Assembly (NCBI GenBank): GCA_016184305.1
Contig: JACPCX010000179.1
Location: forward strand, 11,613-75,612
Direction of reading: 5' to 3'
Origin: Candidatus Rokuibacteriota bacterium
GTDB lineage: Bacteria; Methylomirabilota; Methylomirabilia; Rokubacteriales; CSP1-6
Length of the DNA stretch: 64,000 bases
The translations under genes and the position numbers were made by a program. Position 1 is the stretch's first letter, and each line of letters starts with the position of its first letter. Positions 53,800-63,132 of the stretch are shown here, in pieces. The notes beneath the pieces are model-generated. The model saw nothing but the letters and a program-made list of their open reading frames with translations. It did not search any database and was not told the origin of the DNA.

Positions 53800-56145
53800 G
53801 TGAGCTTCGACATCATCGGCAAGGCGACCCCGAAGCGAGACGGCCTCGACAAGGTCATGGGCCGCACCCAGTACCTGCACGACATGACGCTCCCGCGCAT
53901 GGCCCACGGGGCGATCCTGAGGACCCAGTTCCCGCATGCGCGGATCGTGAGCATCGACACCACGCGCGCGGAGCGCCTCCCCGGGGTCATCGGGGTGATC
54001 ACGGCCGACACGGTCGAGCAGCGCTTGTTCGGCTATGCCAAGGACCATCGGGCACTCAAGGGCGGCCCCGGGAACCGCAAGGTCCGCTGCATCCGGGACG
54101 AGATCGCGGCGGTGGCGGCCGAGACGGAGGAGATCGCCCAGGAAGCCCTCACCCTCATCGACGTGGAGTACGAGGAATTGCCCGCGGTATTCGACCCGGA
54201 ATCGGCCCTCCGGCCCGGAGCGCCCCTGGTCCACGAGGAACTGGGCACGAACCTGGTGAATCTCCGCTACCAGTTCTCCCACGGGGACGTGGAGGGCGGG
54301 TTCGCGCGGGCGGCGGCGGTGGTCGAAGGGACGTACCGGTTGAACTACGTGACCACGGCCTGCCTCGGCACCATGGTCGCCATCGCGTCCTGGGGAGCGG
54401 ACGGCGCGCTCACCATGTGGACGACGAGCCAGGTGCCCTTCCTCTATCAGCGGGACCTGGGCGAGGCGCTCGGCATCGGCGGCGATCGGATCCGGGTGAT
54501 GCAGCCGCCCGTCGGCGGGAACTTCGGCCGCGGGCTCGACCTCTACCCCATCGACATCATCGCGGCCCTCCTGGCCCGCCACGTGCGGCGGCCGGTGAAG
54601 ATCGCCTTCGAGCGGCTGGAGGAGTTCATCGCGAGCCCCACGCGCGAGCCCTGCCTGATCCACCTCCGGTCGGCGGCGGACGCCGAGGGGCGACTGCTGG
54701 CGCGGGAGGCGCGCGTCGTCATCGACAATGGCGGTTACGTCTCCTGGGGCTCGACGACGCCTTACGTGATGCTCTCCACCACGGCGGGCCTCTACCGCTG
54801 CCCGGCCTTGCGCTTCGACACGACCATCGTCTACACGAACAACCCGTACTCGGGCTCCATGCGTGGCTACGGCAACCTCGAGGCCACCTTCGCCATCGAG
54901 GCGCAGATGGACGACCTCGCCGAGACGCTGGGCCTCGACCGCGTGGAGATCCGGCGGCGCAATGCCACCCGCTCCGGCGACGTCAATCCGCAGGGCAACG
55001 TGATCACCTCCTGCGCCATGACCGAGTGCCTGGACACCGTGGAGAAGGCGATCGCCCGGACCGTCACCGGACCCGCGCGCCCGGGGTGGAAGCGCGGGGT
55101 GGGCTACGCGGCCATGTTCCACGTGGCGGGCGGCGCCCGCGTGTACCGCTCCGACGGGTGCGGGGCCATCCTCAAGCTGGACGACTTCGGCACGGTGACG
55201 CTGCTGACGGGCGCCAGCGAGATCGGGCAGGGGTCGGAGACCGTGCTCGCCATGATCGTGGCCGAGGAGCTGGGCATCCCGCTCGATCGCCTGGCGGTGA
55301 TCAACAGCGACACCTCCGTGAAGCCGTGGGACGTGGGCGTGCACGCCAGCCGCACGACCTTCATCGCGGGCAACGCGGCGCTCCAGGCCGCGCGCTCGCT
55401 CAAGACGAGACTGCTCGCCATGGCGGCGGAGGTGATGGACGAGAAGGCGGAGGAGCTGGAGCTCGTCGCGGGGCGGGTCCGGGTGAAGGGCCGTCCGGAG
55501 CGAGGCATGGAGTACGACCGCGTGGTCCGCGCGGGTCACTTCCGCCAGGGCGGCCAGGTGCTCGTCGCCGAGGCCTTCTACGACCCGCCCAGCGAGATGC
55601 TGTCGAAGGACCTCCGGGGAAACGTCTCGGCCACCTACGGCTTCGCGGCCCAGGCGGCGCTCGTGGAGGTGAGCGAGGAGACCGGCGAGGTGCGGGTGCT
55701 CAAGATCATCTCCGCCCACGACGTGGGCCGGGCGCTCAATCCGATGGCCGCCGAGGGGCAGATCCACGGTGGGATCCACATGGGGCTTGGCTACGCGCTC
55801 TCCGAGGAGCTGATCATCCGAGGGGGGCAGGTGCTCAATCCGCAGTTCATGGAGTACGCGCTGTTCCCCGCGTCGGACATGCCGGAGATCGACGTGCACC
55901 TGATCGAGACGGTGGACGAGCACGGCCCCTTCGGGGCCAAGGGGCTGGGCGAGTCGGGAGTGATCCCGGTGTCCGCGGCCATCGCCAACGCGGTCAAGGA
56001 TGCCACCGGGGTGCGTTTCACCGAGCTGCCCATGACCCCCCAGCGCGTGTATCAGGCGCTGGGGGCGGCGCATCGCGCAGAACGGGCGCCCCGCCACGTG
56101 GACTCCTCGACATTCGGGCCAGATGAAGACGGGAGTCTCGCATGA
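53800..56145 (+). CDS. molybdopterin-dependent hydroxylase large subunit (xanthine dehydrogenase / aldehyde oxidase / 4-hydroxybenzoyl-CoA reductase alpha family)
   Basis: GTG start with GGAGAAGG upstream. N-terminal IGKATPKRDGLDKVMGRTQY a/b-hammerhead domain and C-terminal GAKGLGESGVIPV. 781 aa. Confidence 0.85.
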   Translation: MSFDIIGKATPKRDGLDKVMGRTQYLHDMTLPRMAHGAILRTQFPHARIVSIDTTRAERLPGVIGVITADTVEQRLFGYAKDHRALKGGPGNRKVRCIRDEIAAVAAETEEIAQEALTLIDVEYEELPAVFDPESALRPGAPLVHEELGTNLVNLRYQFSHGDVEGGFARAAAVVEGTYRLNYVTTACLGTMVAIASWGADGALTMWTTSQVPFLYQRDLGEALGIGGDRIRVMQPPVGGNFGRGLDLYPIDIIAALLARHVRRPVKIAFERLEEFIASPTREPCLIHLRSAADAEGRLLAREARVVIDNGGYVSWGSTTPYVMLSTTAGLYRCPALRFDTTIVYTNNPYSGSMRGYGNLEATFAIEAQMDDLAETLGLDRVEIRRRNATRSGDVNPQGNVITSCAMTECLDTVEKAIARTVTGPARPGWKRGVGYAAMFHVAGGARVYRSDGCGAILKLDDFGTVTLLTGASEIGQGSETVLAMIVAEELGIPLDRLAVINSDTSVKPWDVGVHASRTTFIAGNAALQAARSLKTRLLAMAAEVMDEKAEELELVAGRVRVKGRPERGMEYDRVVRAGHFRQGGQVLVAEAFYDPPSEMLSKDLRGNVSATYGFAAQAALVEVSEETGEVRVLKIISAHDVGRALNPMAAEGQIHGGIHMGLGYALSEELIIRGGQVLNPQFMEYALFPASDMPEIDVHLIETVDEHGPFGAKGLGESGVIPVSAAIANAVKDATGVRFTELPMTPQRVYQALGAAHRAERAPRHVDSSTFGPDEDGSLA

Positions 56146-56248
56146 ACGCGCAGGCGCAGACCAGCACCCTCGCCGGGCGACGAGACGGAGGGTCACGGCG
56201 GACTCCTGTCCCGGGGCTCGCGCCCATGCTCACAGGGAGAATGAGCGC

Positions 56249-57409
56249 ATGATCCGCTTCACCGCCGAGCAGGAGGAGTTCAGGAAGACGGTGGCCCGCT
56301 TCGTGGATGGCGAGGTCGTGCCGGCCGCCGAGGCTGTGGATGACCGCGCGGAATTCCCCACGGCGCTCTTCCGGCGCCTCGGGGAGCTGGGGTACCTGGG
56401 GCTCCGCTACCCCGAGACCTATGGCGGGGCCGACGCCGACATGGTCACCTACTGTCTCTTCGCCGAGGAGCTGGCACGGGGGTCGCTCTCGCTGGCGGCC
56501 GTGGGCGCGATGCAGTCGCTCATGGGCACGCACTTCATCTACAAGTACGGCGGCGAGGCGCTGCGACAGCGCTATCTGGTGCCGGCGCTCCGGGGACAGC
56601 TCGTGGCGACCTTCGCGCTCACGGAGCCCGATGCGGGCTCGGACCTGGCGAGCATCACCACCCGGGCCGAGCGGCGCGGGGACGGCTGGGTCCTCCGCGG
56701 CCGCAAGACCTGGGTGACGAACGCGCCCGTGGCGGACGTGCTGACGGTGGCGGCGAAAACCTCTGCCGAGCGCGGCATGAAGAACATCGCGCTCTTCCTC
56801 CTGGACCGGGCGGCCATGCGCGGGATCTCGCTCGGAAAGAAGATCGACAAGATGTCGGTGCGCGCCTCCGAGACCGGCGAGATCGTGCTGGAGGACGTGG
56901 AGGTGCCGGCCGCGCACCTGCTGGGCGGGGAGACCGGCGGCGTCGAGAAGGTGGCCGGGGTCCTCGCCGAGATCCGGATCATGACCGCCGCGCTCTCCGT
57001 CGGGCTCGCGCGCGCGGCCTACCAGGCGGCGCTCGCGTACGCCCGCCAGCGGGTGGCCTTCGGCAAGCCCATCGTCGAGCACCAGGCGATTGCCTTCAAG
57101 CTGGCCGACATGCTCACCTCGATCCACGCCGCCACCCTCATGACGTATCAGGCGGCGGCGCGGCTGGACGCCGGGCGGCCGGTGGGCCGGGAGGCCGCCA
57201 TGACCAAGCTCTTCGCCTCGGAGATGGCCGTGCGGGTCACCGACGAGGCCGCGCGCGTGTTCGCCTCCTACGGCCTCGCCATGGAGTATCCGGCGCAGCG
57301 CTACTTCCGAGACGCCCGGTTCCTGCTGCCCGGCGGGGGCACCTCCGAGATCCTGCGCCTCATCATCGGGCGGGAGCTCGACTGGGATCGCGGAGGAGCC
57401 TTCGCGTGA
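56249..57409 (+). CDS. acyl-CoA dehydrogenase
   Basis: ALTEPDAGSD motif. QAIAFKLADM and the C-terminal YPAQRYFRDARFLLPGGGTSEI are typical of ACADs. Confidence 0.9.
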   Translation: MIRFTAEQEEFRKTVARFVDGEVVPAAEAVDDRAEFPTALFRRLGELGYLGLRYPETYGGADADMVTYCLFAEELARGSLSLAAVGAMQSLMGTHFIYKYGGEALRQRYLVPALRGQLVATFALTEPDAGSDLASITTRAERRGDGWVLRGRKTWVTNAPVADVLTVAAKTSAERGMKNIALFLLDRAAMRGISLGKKIDKMSVRASETGEIVLEDVEVPAAHLLGGETGGVEKVAGVLAEIRIMTAALSVGLARAAYQAALAYARQRVAFGKPIVEHQAIAFKLADMLTSIHAATLMTYQAAARLDAGRPVGREAAMTKLFASEMAVRVTDEAARVFASYGLAMEYPAQRYFRDARFLLPGGGTSEILRLIIGRELDWDRGGAFA

Positions 57410-58704
57410 GCCACCCGCCGGTGCCCATGTTCCAGCCCTCGGTGGAGGCCCGTCCGCGGGAGCAGCTGGAGGCGCTCCAGCTCGAGCGGATGCGCCGGAC
57501 ACTCGGCCTCATCAAGGAGAACGCCGCCTACCGCAACCGCATCGGCCGGGTGGATCCCGAGGCACTCCGCTCGGTCGCCGACTGGTCCCGGCTGCCCTTT
57601 CTCACCAAGGACGAGCTGCGCGATGCCTACCCGCTCGGCCTCTGCTGCGCCCCGCGGGGGGCGATCCAGCGCGTGCACATGTCCTCCGGGACCACCGGCA
57701 ACCCCATCGTCACCCCGTACACGCGCGCCGACATCGCCCAGTGGGGCGAGGTGATGGCCCGCTGCTACGTGGCGGCGGGCGTGACCTCGGCCGACATCGT
57801 CCAGATCACGCCCTCCTTCGGCCTGTTCACCGGGGGCTTCGGCTTCCACTACGGCGCCGAGCGGCTGGGCGTCATGGTGATCCCCGCGGGCGCCGGGCGC
57901 AGCGCCTTCCAGCTCAAGCTCATGAAGGACCTCGGGGCGACGGTGCTGGCCGGCATCGCGACCTACCCGCTCCGGCTCCTCGAGGTCGCGCGCGAGGCGC
58001 GGTTCAACCTGCGGGAGCTGCGGCTGCGCGTGGCCATCCTGGGATCGGAGATGTGGTCGGACGACCTGCGCTCCCTGATCGAGCACGAGCTCAACGTGGA
58101 GACCTTCGACATCATCGGGATGACGGAGAGCGGGGGGCCCGGGCTCGGCATCGACTGCCGCGCTCACGACGGGATCCATGTGTGGGAGGACCACTACTAC
58201 TGCGAGATCGTCGATCCCGAGAGCGGGGCGCTGCGCCCGGACGGGCAGGAGGGGGAGCTCGTGCTCTCCACGCTCACGCGCGAAGGGCTGCCCCTGGTCC
58301 GCTACCGGACCCACGACCTCACCCGCGTGGTGAGCCGCGCCGCCTGCGCCTGCGGGCGCACTCACGTCCGGCTCGCCCGCCTGCGCGGCCGCACCGACGA
58401 CATGGTGATCTTCCGGGGGGTCAACTTCTACCCCCGCCAGGTCGAGTCCCTCGTGCTGGGGCGGCCCGGAGTGAGCCACGAGTACCAGGTGCTCCTCGAG
58501 CGGGCCGCGGAGGGAGGGGACCGGATGCGCCTGCTCATCGAGGTGCGGCCCGGCTTCGACCCCGAGAGCGTCAAGGGGATCGAGCGGGACTTCAAGGATG
58601 TTCTCAACCTCACCCCGGAAGTGAGCATTCTCCAGGAAGGAGAGATCCCGCGCCCGCAGGGCAAGGCGGTACGGATCATGGACAACCGCGCGGCGGGCTC
58701 ATGA
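57406..58704 (+). CDS. paaK: phenylacetate--CoA ligase family protein
   Basis: GTGA overlap with the ACAD gene. LPFLTKDELRDAYP, SSGTTGNP and YRTHD motifs. Confidence 0.88.
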   Translation: MSHPPVPMFQPSVEARPREQLEALQLERMRRTLGLIKENAAYRNRIGRVDPEALRSVADWSRLPFLTKDELRDAYPLGLCCAPRGAIQRVHMSSGTTGNPIVTPYTRADIAQWGEVMARCYVAAGVTSADIVQITPSFGLFTGGFGFHYGAERLGVMVIPAGAGRSAFQLKLMKDLGATVLAGIATYPLRLLEVAREARFNLRELRLRVAILGSEMWSDDLRSLIEHELNVETFDIIGMTESGGPGLGIDCRAHDGIHVWEDHYYCEIVDPESGALRPDGQEGELVLSTLTREGLPLVRYRTHDLTRVVSRAACACGRTHVRLARLRGRTDDMVIFRGVNFYPRQVESLVLGRPGVSHEYQVLLERAAEGGDRMRLLIEVRPGFDPESVKGIERDFKDVLNLTPEVSILQEGEIPRPQGKAVRIMDNRAAGS

Positions 58705-58907
58705 GCGCCCTCGGCGCCCTCTTCTCCGCGATCCGGGTGGCCGTGCTCGGGGTGTCTCGCGAAACCCGGCCAAGCTTGGCCACGTCCTGCTCAAGCCTGC
58801 TCAAGAAAGTGCCGGGCGGGGGCTTTCCCGGTGAGGTCTTCGTCGTGAACCCGTCAGGCGGCGGCCCGCTTCCTGTACTTAACATAATACTGCTTATCAG
58901 ACTCTGA
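58701..58907 (+). pseudogene. 5' stub of a CoA-binding / ADP-forming acyl-CoA synthetase-type gene, with a 10-bp tandem duplication and early truncation
   Basis: ATGA overlap with paaK. IRVAVLGVSRETRP...KKVPGGGFPGEVFVVNP resembles the CoA-binding domain N-terminus. CCTGCTCAAG is duplicated (58786-58795 and 58796-58805). The ORF stops at 58907 inside an AT-rich patch. Confidence 0.45.
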
Positions 58908-58961
58908 GACGGGATGACTCGCCGCGGCAGACAGGCGCCGGGAGTGGGGGGATCAGGCCGA

Positions 58962-59615
58962 TTACTTCGGGAGGCTCTGGAGACTGGCGAGGCGGCTGCG
59001 GATATCGTCGGCGCGGCGGGTGTCCGGGCGCTCCTTGAGGAGACGGGCGTAGGTCTCACGTGCGGCCGCCGCGTTGCCCCCGAACTCCTGGACCCGCGCG
59101 AGGCCGAGGAGCCCCTCTTCGTAGAGGAAGTCCTTCGGGGAGAGCCCGGCCACCGCGGCCTGGAAGGCGATCTGGGCCTTGCCGTGATCCTTCTCGGCCT
59201 CCCACGAGTAGGCGATGCCGAGGGCGGCGAGACTTCTGAGCGTGCCCGCGGCGCCCTTGCCGATGGCGATCTGGTAGGCGCCGCGCGCGGGCCCGTACTG
59301 AGCGCCGTCGTAGCGGAGATTGCCGAGGCGATAGGCGGCCTCGGGGGCGCCGGAGAAGCGCGGGTGGTCGGCGAGAACTGCGTCGAGCGCTCGGATGGCC
59401 TTGTCGCGAGCGTCGGGGGCCGCCCCGGGGGATGCGGCGTGCCGGGCGAGATCGGCGGCGGCGGCGAGCGCCAGGCGCCCGCGCGATTCCTGGGCGCCGT
59501 ACCAGGTGTAGGCGCCGAAGGCGATGGCGCCGAGCCCGATCGCGGCCGCGAGCCCGGCGAGACCCCAGCGCGCGGCGCGCGAGTCGCCGAACCAGGTCAA
59601 GAGGAGATCGCGCAT
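58962..59615 (-). CDS. membrane-anchored tetratricopeptide-repeat protein (YfgM-like architecture)
   Basis: One N-terminal TM (WGLAGLAAAIGLGAIAFGAY) followed by TPR-like helices. Lies 5 nt downstream of the bactofilin gene. Confidence 0.6.
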   Translation of the reverse strand: MRDLLLTWFGDSRAARWGLAGLAAAIGLGAIAFGAYTWYGAQESRGRLALAAAADLARHAASPGAAPDARDKAIRALDAVLADHPRFSGAPEAAYRLGNLRYDGAQYGPARGAYQIAIGKGAAGTLRSLAALGIAYSWEAEKDHGKAQIAFQAAVAGLSPKDFLYEEGLLGLARVQEFGGNAAAARETYARLLKERPDTRRADDIRSRLASLQSLPK

Positions 59616-59620
59616 GGGGA

Positions 59621-60085
59621 TCAGCTGCCCGCCGGGGGCGCGGTGGAGCGGCTGGCCACGGCGGGTCGCTCCACCCAGATCTCGCCCTTGACGGAGGCCC
59701 CGTCGGCGGCGGAGAAGCTCCCCGTGCGGAGCGAGCCGGTGAGCACGCCCGAGGGGAGGATCTCGACGCGAGTCGCTGCGGAGAGGTTGCCGCGCACGGT
59801 GCCGCCGATCACGATGGCGGCGGCATCGATGTTGGCATCCACCTGCGCACCCTCCGCCACCAGCACCCGGCCGGTCACCTTGATCTCGCCCTCGAACTTG
59901 CCCAGGATGTGGAAGTCCCCTTCCCCGGCGACCTCGCCGCGGAACGACAGGCGGCTGCCGATGCCGGCGGCGGAGGGCCCGCTGCCGCTGTCGATGCGCC
60001 GCGGCGGCTGCATCTGCACGGTCTCGAGCTCGGGCGCCTCTCCGCTGAGGCCGAGGTAGCCGAGCGCAGCACGCATCATGCCCAT
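59621..60085 (-). CDS. bactofilin (polymer-forming cytoskeletal protein, DUF583)
   Basis: Repetitive beta-helix pattern G.F.G.I.V.G.V.V..GA.V.A.I.A...VI.G.V.GN. Confidence 0.8.
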   Translation of the reverse strand: MGMMRAALGYLGLSGEAPELETVQMQPPRRIDSGSGPSAAGIGSRLSFRGEVAGEGDFHILGKFEGEIKVTGRVLVAEGAQVDANIDAAAIVIGGTVRGNLSAATRVEILPSGVLTGSLRTGSFSAADGASVKGEIWVERPAVASRSTAPPAGS

Positions 60086-60177
60086 CGGTGGGCGCCGGTC
60101 GTGGGGCCGCTGCTGGTGTGGCTCACGTCCGTATGCTAGGCGGCCGGCCCCGGAGAGTCAAGGAAAGGACAAGGCCC

Positions 60178-60693
60178 GTGGCACAGCGCGCGCGATTCTG
60201 CATGGCCTGCGGCGCCCCGCTCACCGCCGTTCGCGAGGAGGGCCAGGTGCGGCGCCGATGCCGGCGCTGCGGCTGGACCTTCTACGACAACCCGGTGCCG
60301 GCGGTGCTCGGGATTGCCGAACGGGGACAGCGCGTGCTGCTGGCCCGCCGCGCCGCCCCTCCGCATCGCGGGACCTGGGACCTGCCGGGCGGCTTCCTCG
60401 AGGCCGGAGAGACGCCGGAGCGCGCGCTGATCCGCGAGCTGCGCGAGGAGCTCGGAGTCCGCGCGACGGCCGGCCGCCTCCTCGGTTTCTTCACCGATAC
60501 CTACGGCCCGGGCGGCATGCCGATCCTGGCGGCGGTGTACCGGGTGCGGCTGGCCGGCGAGCCACGGGCGATGAGTGATGTCTCGGAGCTGCGCTGGTTT
60601 CCCCGGCCCCGGCTGCCCCTCGGGGAGATCGCCTTCCCGGCCATGCGGCGCGCACTGGCCGCGTACGGGCGCGGTGCGCTCAGGTTGCCGTGA
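60178..60693 (+). CDS. NUDIX hydrolase with an N-terminal zinc ribbon
   Basis: CMACG...CRRCG zinc ribbon. Nudix box GGFLEAGETPERALIRELREELG. Start is GTG 60178 (alternative ATG at 60202). Confidence 0.8.
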   Translation: MAQRARFCMACGAPLTAVREEGQVRRRCRRCGWTFYDNPVPAVLGIAERGQRVLLARRAAPPHRGTWDLPGGFLEAGETPERALIRELREELGVRATAGRLLGFFTDTYGPGGMPILAAVYRVRLAGEPRAMSDVSELRWFPRPRLPLGEIAFPAMRRALAAYGRGALRLP

Positions 60694-62153
60694 GGGTGCT
60701 GCTCGTCTACTTCAATCCGGCCCGCGATCTCCTGCCGGCGCCGCCCATCGGGATGAGCTACGTGGCCGAGGCGACCCGTCGCGCCGGCCATGCGGTGCGG
60801 GTGCTGGACGGGCTCGGCCGCGAGCGGCCGCTTCACGACGTCCAGGAGGCGTTGCGGACCTTCGATCCTCAGGCGGTGGGTATCTCCGTGCGGAACATCG
60901 ACAACGTCGTCCGCCAGCGGCCGGCCTGGCATCTCGGCGAGCTGACTGCCGTCCTCGACACCATCCGCCGGCAATGCCCTGCCCTGATCGTCCTGGGCGG
61001 TCCGGCGATCTCCATCCTGGGCGCGACGGCCCTCAGCCGCCTCGACGCGGACTTCGCCGTGATTGGCGAGGGCGAGATGACCTTCCCGGCCCTCCTGGCG
61101 GCGATGGAGACCGGCGGGCGCCACGACAACATCGCCGGGCTCTGCTACCGCGACGCCGGCTCCGTGCGCTCGACGCCCCCCTCGCGCCTTCCCGTGTTCG
61201 GACCCTCCGGCATGGAGCGCTGGATCGACTGGTCCGCGTACGAGCGGCGCGGCGGCACCTGGGCCATCCAGACCAAGCGCGGCTGCCCGCTCCAGTGCAG
61301 CTACTGCGCCTACCCGGGGATCGAGGGGCGGACCTGCCGGATGCGCCAGGCGGCGGAGGTCGTGGACGAGATGGAGCACGTGATGAGGCGAGCCCATCCG
61401 CGCACGTTCGAGTTCGTGGACTCGACCTTCAACGTGCCCCCGGAGCACGCGGCCGGGATCTGCCGGGAGATCATCCGCCGCAGGCTCGAGGTGAACCTGA
61501 CGGCCATGGGCGTCAATCCGCTGGGCGTCTCCGCGTCGCTCTTCGGGCTCATGCGGCAGGCGGGCTTCAACTCCATGATGATCACCCCCGAGACGGCCAG
61601 CGACGTCATGCTCCGGAGCCTCCGGAAGGGATTCACGCGCGAGCACGTGCGCCGCACCGCGGAGCTGGCACGGGAGTGGGGCATCGCCAGCGCCTGGTTC
61701 TTCATGCTCGGGGGGCCGGGCGAGACCCGTGAGACGGTGGAGGAGACGGTCTCCTTCGTGGAGCGACACCTGAGCTGGGGCGGCTGCGTGTCGATCTTCA
61801 CGACGGGGATCCGCCTCCTGCCCGGCACCGAGCTCGCGCGCCGCGCCGTGGCCGAGGGGCATCTCGCGCCGGAACAGGACCTGGCGGAGCCGGCCTTCTA
61901 CCTCTCGCCGGAGGTGGACGAGGAGTGGATCCTCGCCCGCATCAACCGCGCCATCGGCCGCTGCCCGGCCGTCGTCCATGCCGCCGAGGAGGGCGCCTCG
62001 GCCTACGAGCGTGTCGTGGACCGGGCGCTCGGCCTGCTCGGCGTGGCTCCCCCGTACTGGCGCTTCCTGCCGCTGCTGCTCCGCGTGCCGCCGGTGCCCC
62101 TGCTGCGCCGCCGCCATCGGCCGCTCGAGGCCCGAAGGCCTACCGCGCGCTGA
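60690..62153 (+). CDS. B12-binding-domain radical SAM protein (class B)
   Basis: GTGA overlap with the NUDIX gene. N-terminal Rossmann-like VLLVYFNP...GISV. CxxxCxxC motif as CPLQCSYCAY. Confidence 0.85.
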   Translation: MRVLLVYFNPARDLLPAPPIGMSYVAEATRRAGHAVRVLDGLGRERPLHDVQEALRTFDPQAVGISVRNIDNVVRQRPAWHLGELTAVLDTIRRQCPALIVLGGPAISILGATALSRLDADFAVIGEGEMTFPALLAAMETGGRHDNIAGLCYRDAGSVRSTPPSRLPVFGPSGMERWIDWSAYERRGGTWAIQTKRGCPLQCSYCAYPGIEGRTCRMRQAAEVVDEMEHVMRRAHPRTFEFVDSTFNVPPEHAAGICREIIRRRLEVNLTAMGVNPLGVSASLFGLMRQAGFNSMMITPETASDVMLRSLRKGFTREHVRRTAELAREWGIASAWFFMLGGPGETRETVEETVSFVERHLSWGGCVSIFTTGIRLLPGTELARRAVAEGHLAPEQDLAEPAFYLSPEVDEEWILARINRAIGRCPAVVHAAEEGASAYERVVDRALGLLGVAPPYWRFLPLLLRVPPVPLLRRRHRPLEARRPTAR

Positions 62154-63132
62154 CCACCGTGGTGCAGGCGCTGCCGACCTTCGGCAGATTCTCGGGGCTC
62201 GCCCGTTCCCAGCGAAGGGCGATGCGGTCGCCGCGCGCGAAGGGACAGAAGGGATCGGCTGCCCCGAGGTCCCCCAGGAGGGCCCGCCGGCCGGCGCAGC
62301 CGCCCCCACACGGGCATCCCGCGCAAACCGGTGGCACCTGGCGGGCCGCCGTGAACTCAGCGGTCTCGGTGATCGACTCGCCGAGCGCCTCGAGGTCCGC
62401 GAGCCGGAGCCGGCTGTCCGGCCAGTAGGTGCACGGCAGGATCCTGCCGTCGGGGGCGACGCGCACCGTGGTGCGGCCACAACCCGGACCCCTGAAGCCC
62501 TCGAGGCCGAGGACGCCGGCCAGCACGGGCTCCGTCGTGGCCACGAGGCGGGTGCCGCCGGCGAGGTGCCGGAGGGCGTCCCAGAATTCCTCGTAGCTGA
62601 CGCTGAAGTGATCGCTCTTCGCGGGCTGGTAGACGTTCACGCGGAGGTTGGCGCCGACGGCCGCGGCCAGCCGTGCGAGCTCCACCAGCCGGAGGCGGTT
62701 CTCGCGCATCATCACCGCGGTCACCGTCACCGGGACGCCCAGCCCGCTCGTGCGCTCGAGAGTCTCCATGACAAGCCGCCAGTTGCCGCGCCCGCGGAAG
62801 CTGTCGTGCTCGCGCTCGGTGGGGAAGTCCAGCGAACACTCCACGCTGTGGAAGCGCTTGACGATCTCGTCGGGCAGCGACTGCACGCTGAGGCCGTTGG
62901 ACGTGATGCTCACCGGCAGGCCCCGCTCCCAGAGAGAGGTCAGGATCGCCCGGTACTCGGGGTGGAGGCCGTTCTCGCCGACGCCGAGGTTCACGGAGCG
63001 CACCGGCAGGCTCCCGCACGCGCGCTCGACGTCCCCGACGGTGAGCCGGTCGATGACCCTGTCCGGACGGTAGCAGTGGGCACAGCGGAGGTTGCACTCG
63101 TTGGTGAGGCCGATGCCGACCGAGAACCCCAT
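62140..63132 (-). CDS. radical SAM protein with a Cys-rich SPASM/twitch-like C-terminal domain
   Basis: ATG 63132 is preceded by GAGGGAGGG. CNLRCAHCY cluster. C-terminal CGRTTV...C.YW...CAGCPCGGGCAG...FCPF. The ORF-track start at 63210 (GTG) is possible but has no RBS. Confidence 0.8.
   Translation of the reverse strand: MGFSVGIGLTNECNLRCAHCYRPDRVIDRLTVGDVERACGSLPVRSVNLGVGENGLHPEYRAILTSLWERGLPVSITSNGLSVQSLPDEIVKRFHSVECSLDFPTEREHDSFRGRGNWRLVMETLERTSGLGVPVTVTAVMMRENRLRLVELARLAAAVGANLRVNVYQPAKSDHFSVSYEEFWDALRHLAGGTRLVATTEPVLAGVLGLEGFRGPGCGRTTVRVAPDGRILPCTYWPDSRLRLADLEALGESITETAEFTAARQVPPVCAGCPCGGGCAGRRALLGDLGAADPFCPFARGDRIALRWERASPENLPKVGSACTTVVSAR

Noticed and set aside
58866-58907. AT-rich patch as a possible tRNA fragment, att site or IS end.
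   Set aside because: I could find no inverted or direct repeat partner and no integrase or transposase in the window. It is therefore reported only as a junction or scar within the truncated-gene finding.
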